From Pseudomonadota bacterium (GTDB lineage: Bacteria > Bdellovibrionota_B > Oligoflexia > Silvanigrellales > Silvanigrellaceae), in the NCBI GenBank assembly GCA_039799905.1, contig JBDLRP010000003.1, forward strand, positions 1 through 53,420: DNA of 53,420 bases, given 5' to 3'. Of the stretch, positions 48,738 to 53,420 are shown piece by piece. The notes below the pieces were generated by a model, which worked only from the letters and a program-made list of their open reading frames with translations, was not told the DNA's origin and did no database searches. How positions within the stretch are numbered: the first letter of the stretch is position 1; every line of letters begins with the position of its first letter. A program made the position numbers and the translations under genes.

Positions 48738-49323
48738 TGCCCAGCCATAATAAACATTCGCTCACACTCTCCGAATTGCCCCGCCGTATCAACGCTGCCA
48801 GCCGTTCAGCAGCTGCGAACCTGCAATGGGATAAACCGCAATTGAGCCAGCGGCTGAGGTTTGTGTTGGAGCTTTTGTGCGAGAGCCCCTCACACGTGCA
48901 CATCCAGTTTGCTGATTCCGCCGACATGGGCGCGCTCAATTGGCAGTTTCGTGGCAAGGACAGTCCCACAGATGTGTTGAGTTTCATGCCTCATCCCTCA
49001 TCTCTTTTCATTGCGGCCGAAGGAGGCGCAAAGAAACAGCCTGCCAAATTGAATTTGGGCGAGATTGTCATTTGTGCGGACGTTTGCGCAGAGCAGTGCA
49101 GACGGCACCGATGCACGCTGGCTGCCGAAATTGAGCGCATGCTAGTGCATGGACTTCTTCATTTGAAGGGATTCGACCATGAACGCTCTGAAGCGTCTCA
49201 TGCGGTGATGACCACACTCGAGAAATCAGTCCGTCGGGCTCTGCAGCAAGAATTCGGTGAGCCTGATTTCTGCCATGTGAAGACATCCGACACCGGCAGG
49301 CGAAAAAGTGGGGTACCGCGCTG

Positions 49324-49324
<1 letters not shown>
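48737..49324 (+). CDS. ybeY: rRNA maturation endoribonuclease YbeY
   Basis: LNWQFRGKDSPTDVLSF, LGEIVIC and VHGLLHLKGFDH motifs. Confidence 0.95.
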
Positions 49325-50682
<1,358 letters not shown>

Positions 50683-50781
50683 TGTTTCGTGTTCAGTGCC
50701 ACAGTCACGTGTGAGTCCTGTCTGTATTTTCTGATGGGCAAAAGGTGAGTCCAAGGCAAAAAAAAGTGAGGCGTTCAGGCC

Positions 50782-51111
50782 TCACTCATCTTCGTCCTCT
50801 TCTTCGTCTTCGTCTTCGTCGTCTTCATCATCGAATTCATCTTCGTCGTCGAGGTCTTCGTCGTCAAAGTCGTCTTCGTATTCTTCTTCGTCGGTCTCGC
50901 CGTCGAAGTCCTCGTCTTCTTCGAAGTCTTCGTCAAGGTCTTCGTCGTCGTCAAAGTCTTCATCGTCGAAGTCTTCGTCTTCGTCCTCGTCGTCTTCTTC
51001 GTCTTCTTCTTCATCGTCATCCGAACCGCGACCTTTTGAGGGCGTCAGTACGCCGGGCAAAAGCACATCCAACAGATCAGAGTGATCTTTGGTGCGGACT
51101 TCAAAAACCAT
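50782..51111 (-). CDS. Small, extremely acidic protein (109 aa; 68 of the last 79 residues are D/E)
   Basis: GGAGG lies upstream of ATG 51111. The uninterrupted GAN-codon low-complexity tract ends in a TGA stop. Confidence 0.75.
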   Translation of the reverse strand: MVFEVRTKDHSDLLDVLLPGVLTPSKGRGSDDDEEEDEEDDEDEDEDFDDEDFDDDEDLDEDFEEDEDFDGETDEEEYEDDFDDEDLDDEDEFDDEDDEDEDEEEDEDE

Positions 51112-51280
51112 TAGCAACCTCCGGAACGTATATTGACGCCTTACAATGCCGCGCTGCGTCACTATGCGCGGCCAAGCAACGCCTTGATCTTTCGATGACT
51201 GGAATCAGGTAATCAAAACTCGAAAACGAACGCAAGAGGGGCTAGGCATCTTTTTGTGTATTGGCGAACTGGTTTGCGGG

Positions 51281-53284
51281 TCAGCGTTCGTTGTTTTTCA
51301 ACGGCAGCACTTCAATATCAGCTCCAAGTGCCTCAAGTTTTTTCAAGATGGGCTTAGCCCGCACTTCGGCCTGCCGGGCTTTCCAACGGCGAGCCTCTTC
51401 AGCCTGTTCAACGGATGCAAGGCTTATTCCTTCCGGTGTTCGGCTCAACTCTGAGTCTTGTTCATTTTTTTTTTGATCGCCGGCTTTATTTATTTTTACG
51501 GCAAATGGGTCTTCTTTGCTCAGGTTCGCTATCGCTTCGAGCGCTTTCCCCGCTGGCCGGGCATCGATCAAGCCTGAACCCAGAGGGGCTGTGCGCTCGC
51601 CGGTTGGTGCGGATTTTGTCAAAGCTGCAGAACCCATGCCAACCTCAGCAGCGGCTGCCTGGCGCTGCCGGACAACTTTGCTGGGAAGCTCGAGTCCTTC
51701 GATCTGGCATTGTGTGCAGCCGATTGCCGCCATCGCGGTGAGAAAAATTTCGGCCTCTGATTCAGACAATTGAGCAAATAGCTTATTTTCCGGACAGTCG
51801 CTGAAAACCAACTTTTGTTTTGTGAACTGTGTCAGCTTCGCGTGTTTGAGTTTGACTGCCAGCTGCACGCTGCGGTTCTGAATTTGCGCAATCAGCAACG
51901 CATAGAGGTCGAGCATTTCACCTGATGCAGATGGTGCGCTGCTGACGGGCTTTGCAGGAGGCGCATCAACCGGCCGCTGGGCTTGTCCTGTGGGCTGAGC
52001 ATGCGCAGGTTTTGTTGCTGTTTTAGCCTTTGATAATTCGCCCGCTCCCGCTCCCGCTGCTGCACTTGCCGCCGGCAGGCCACTTCCACCTTGTATCAGC
52101 AGATGACTGAGTTCGTCTGTGGAAAGCCATTCGCTGCGGCTGATGCAGTCCATGATGGTGATTTCTGCCCACGCACGCTGAGAGTTTGTGCGAAGAATAT
52201 CGCGGGCAGCGTGCGCAAGCGTGCGGTAAATCTCGGTCAGTGCGACGAGAGAGATGTTTTCCGAGGCGCGGCTTATCAATTCCAACTCGGCTGGCAGCAG
52301 GTTCAGAAGTTCATTGGCGCGCTCCAAACGGGCAGTCGTTTGTCCGGCCTGTTTGAGCACGACTGCGCTTCTGAAAAGCAGCGAAGTCTGCTCGAGGACG
52401 TGTGAGAAATCCAAACTCGATGCGTCTGTCTCAGCTATTGCCTCGAGACACATCTGGGCGTCCCTGCGCAAGATGCCTTCAAAAAGCGTTTGGCAGATTC
52501 CTTCGCCCATCACACTGAGCGCAGCCTTTGCCGCCTCAAAACTGACCGACCGGTGTGAGCCCAGCGCGAGCACTTGTTCAAGGAGACTCAAAGAATCGCG
52601 CAGGCTGCCTTTGGCCTCGCGGGCGATCAGTTGAAGAGCTTCCTGCGAAAATGAAAGGCCATCTTTTTCCAACAGGCGAGCCAGGTGGGCGGCGATGGTC
52701 GAGGGATCGATTTTTCGAAAGGAAAGAATCATGCAGCGCGAGCGGACCGTAACCGGAACCTTGTGCAGCTCTGTTGTCGCCAGAATAAAGACCACCTGCG
52801 GCGGCGGTTCCTCAAGCGTTTTGAGCAGCGCGTTGAATGCGCCGATGCTCAGCATGTGAACTTCGTCGATGATAAAAATCTTGTAGCGGCTTGATTGCGG
52901 AAAAAAGCGCGCGGACTCACGCAACTCACGAATGTTGTCGACACCTGTGTGTGAGGCGCCGTCAATCTCAAAAACATCCTCATGCGCGCAGGCGGTGATT
53001 TGAACGCAGTGGGTGCAGGTTTGACAGGGATCTAGTGTTGGTCCGCGTTCACAGCACAGCGACTTTGCGAGAATTCGTGCGCTGGAAGTTTTTCCTGTAC
53101 CGCGGGTCCCGGTAAACAGAAATGCGTGCGGAATGCGGTCGCTGCCGATCATTCCCTCAATGGCCTTCACAGCGGACTCTTGTCCGACCAGTTGAGAAAA
53201 ACTTTGCGGCCGTGTTCGGCGGGCCAGAACTTGATAGTCTGGACTGCTTGAGTTCTTGTCTGCTTCTTCGAACCCTTCGAACAT
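51281..53284 (-). CDS. dnaX: DNA polymerase III subunits gamma/tau
   Basis: YQVLARR.RP, GTRGTGKTS, CQTCTHC zinc site, EIDGAS, IIDEVHML, NALLKTLEEPP and SRC motifs. Lies downstream of ffs. Confidence 0.97.
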   Translation of the reverse strand: MFEGFEEADKNSSSPDYQVLARRTRPQSFSQLVGQESAVKAIEGMIGSDRIPHAFLFTGTRGTGKTSSARILAKSLCCERGPTLDPCQTCTHCVQITACAHEDVFEIDGASHTGVDNIRELRESARFFPQSSRYKIFIIDEVHMLSIGAFNALLKTLEEPPPQVVFILATTELHKVPVTVRSRCMILSFRKIDPSTIAAHLARLLEKDGLSFSQEALQLIAREAKGSLRDSLSLLEQVLALGSHRSVSFEAAKAALSVMGEGICQTLFEGILRRDAQMCLEAIAETDASSLDFSHVLEQTSLLFRSAVVLKQAGQTTARLERANELLNLLPAELELISRASENISLVALTEIYRTLAHAARDILRTNSQRAWAEITIMDCISRSEWLSTDELSHLLIQGGSGLPAASAAAGAGAGELSKAKTATKPAHAQPTGQAQRPVDAPPAKPVSSAPSASGEMLDLYALLIAQIQNRSVQLAVKLKHAKLTQFTKQKLVFSDCPENKLFAQLSESEAEIFLTAMAAIGCTQCQIEGLELPSKVVRQRQAAAAEVGMGSAALTKSAPTGERTAPLGSGLIDARPAGKALEAIANLSKEDPFAVKINKAGDQKKNEQDSELSRTPEGISLASVEQAEEARRWKARQAEVRAKPILKKLEALGADIEVLPLKNNER

Positions 53285-53324
53285 CAAAAACCGTCCGGAA
53301 AATAAAAAAACCGCTACGAGGGGC

Positions 53325-53419
53325 GACTAGAAGATGGGCCTACCTGTTGTGACCAGTACCGTTGCTGCCTTCCGGCCCTGGCGGGGTTGGATGGACACAC
53401 CATCAGACGTCCTCTAGCC
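53325..53419 (-). ncRNA. ffs: Signal recognition particle 4.5S RNA (small bacterial SRP)
   Basis: The minus strand contains the domain IV core GCCAGGGCCGGAAGGCAGCAACGG. Terminal pairing is GGCTAGAGGA/TCTTCTAGTC, with a T-rich tract just downstream. ffs-dnaX synteny is a known arrangement. Confidence 0.88.
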
Positions 53420-53420
53420 A

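Noticed and set aside
51148..51172. GCCGCGC/GCGCGGC inverted repeat between dnaX and the acidic ORF
   Set aside because: No adjacent U-tract, so it cannot be called a terminator. Function is unsupported.
50745..51212. Arg-rich (+) ORF and Lys/Thr-rich (-) ORF over the acidic tract
   Set aside because: These are alternative-frame readings of the GAN-codon repeat. Only the D/E frame has a clear SD-ATG.

Overview
A gene-dense, mostly housekeeping chromosomal window. Gene content and order suggest a Bdellovibrionota/Oligoflexia-like (ex-Deltaproteobacteria) bacterium; this is inference only. From left to right it holds: accD-folC-lptD (minus strand); a TPR-like gene-tamB-Omp85-dus run; a translationally coupled cluster of secreted helical/TPR proteins plus a receiver-domain protein; an RRM protein; tcdA; a sigma54-type promoter ahead of a TPR lipoprotein; an orphan parA with a non-ParB partner; rlmM-hisH-hisF; an RdgC-like gene; a hisN-like phosphatase; topB; tRNA-Met(CAT); a divergent pair made of a putative beta-barrel protein and a ~2200-aa cadherin/beta-propeller lipoprotein adhesin; csrA with a long tail plus a small ORF; yfgM-bamB-like-ybeY-corC-like; a poly-acidic small protein; dnaX; and the SRP RNA (ffs). 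I found no CRISPR array, transposase, integrase or rRNA. The best leads are: (1) ParA paired with a partner that has a ParB-like N-terminal peptide and HTH region but no CTPase domain; (2) an A10 run followed directly by TGA in dnaX, predicting a gamma-like truncated subunit by slippage; (3) the giant lipoprotein adhesin and its divergent barrel partner; (4) a divergent Glt-like TPR cluster; (5) the acidic protein; (6) csrA autoregulatory features. All family assignments come from reading motifs by eye, with no database search.
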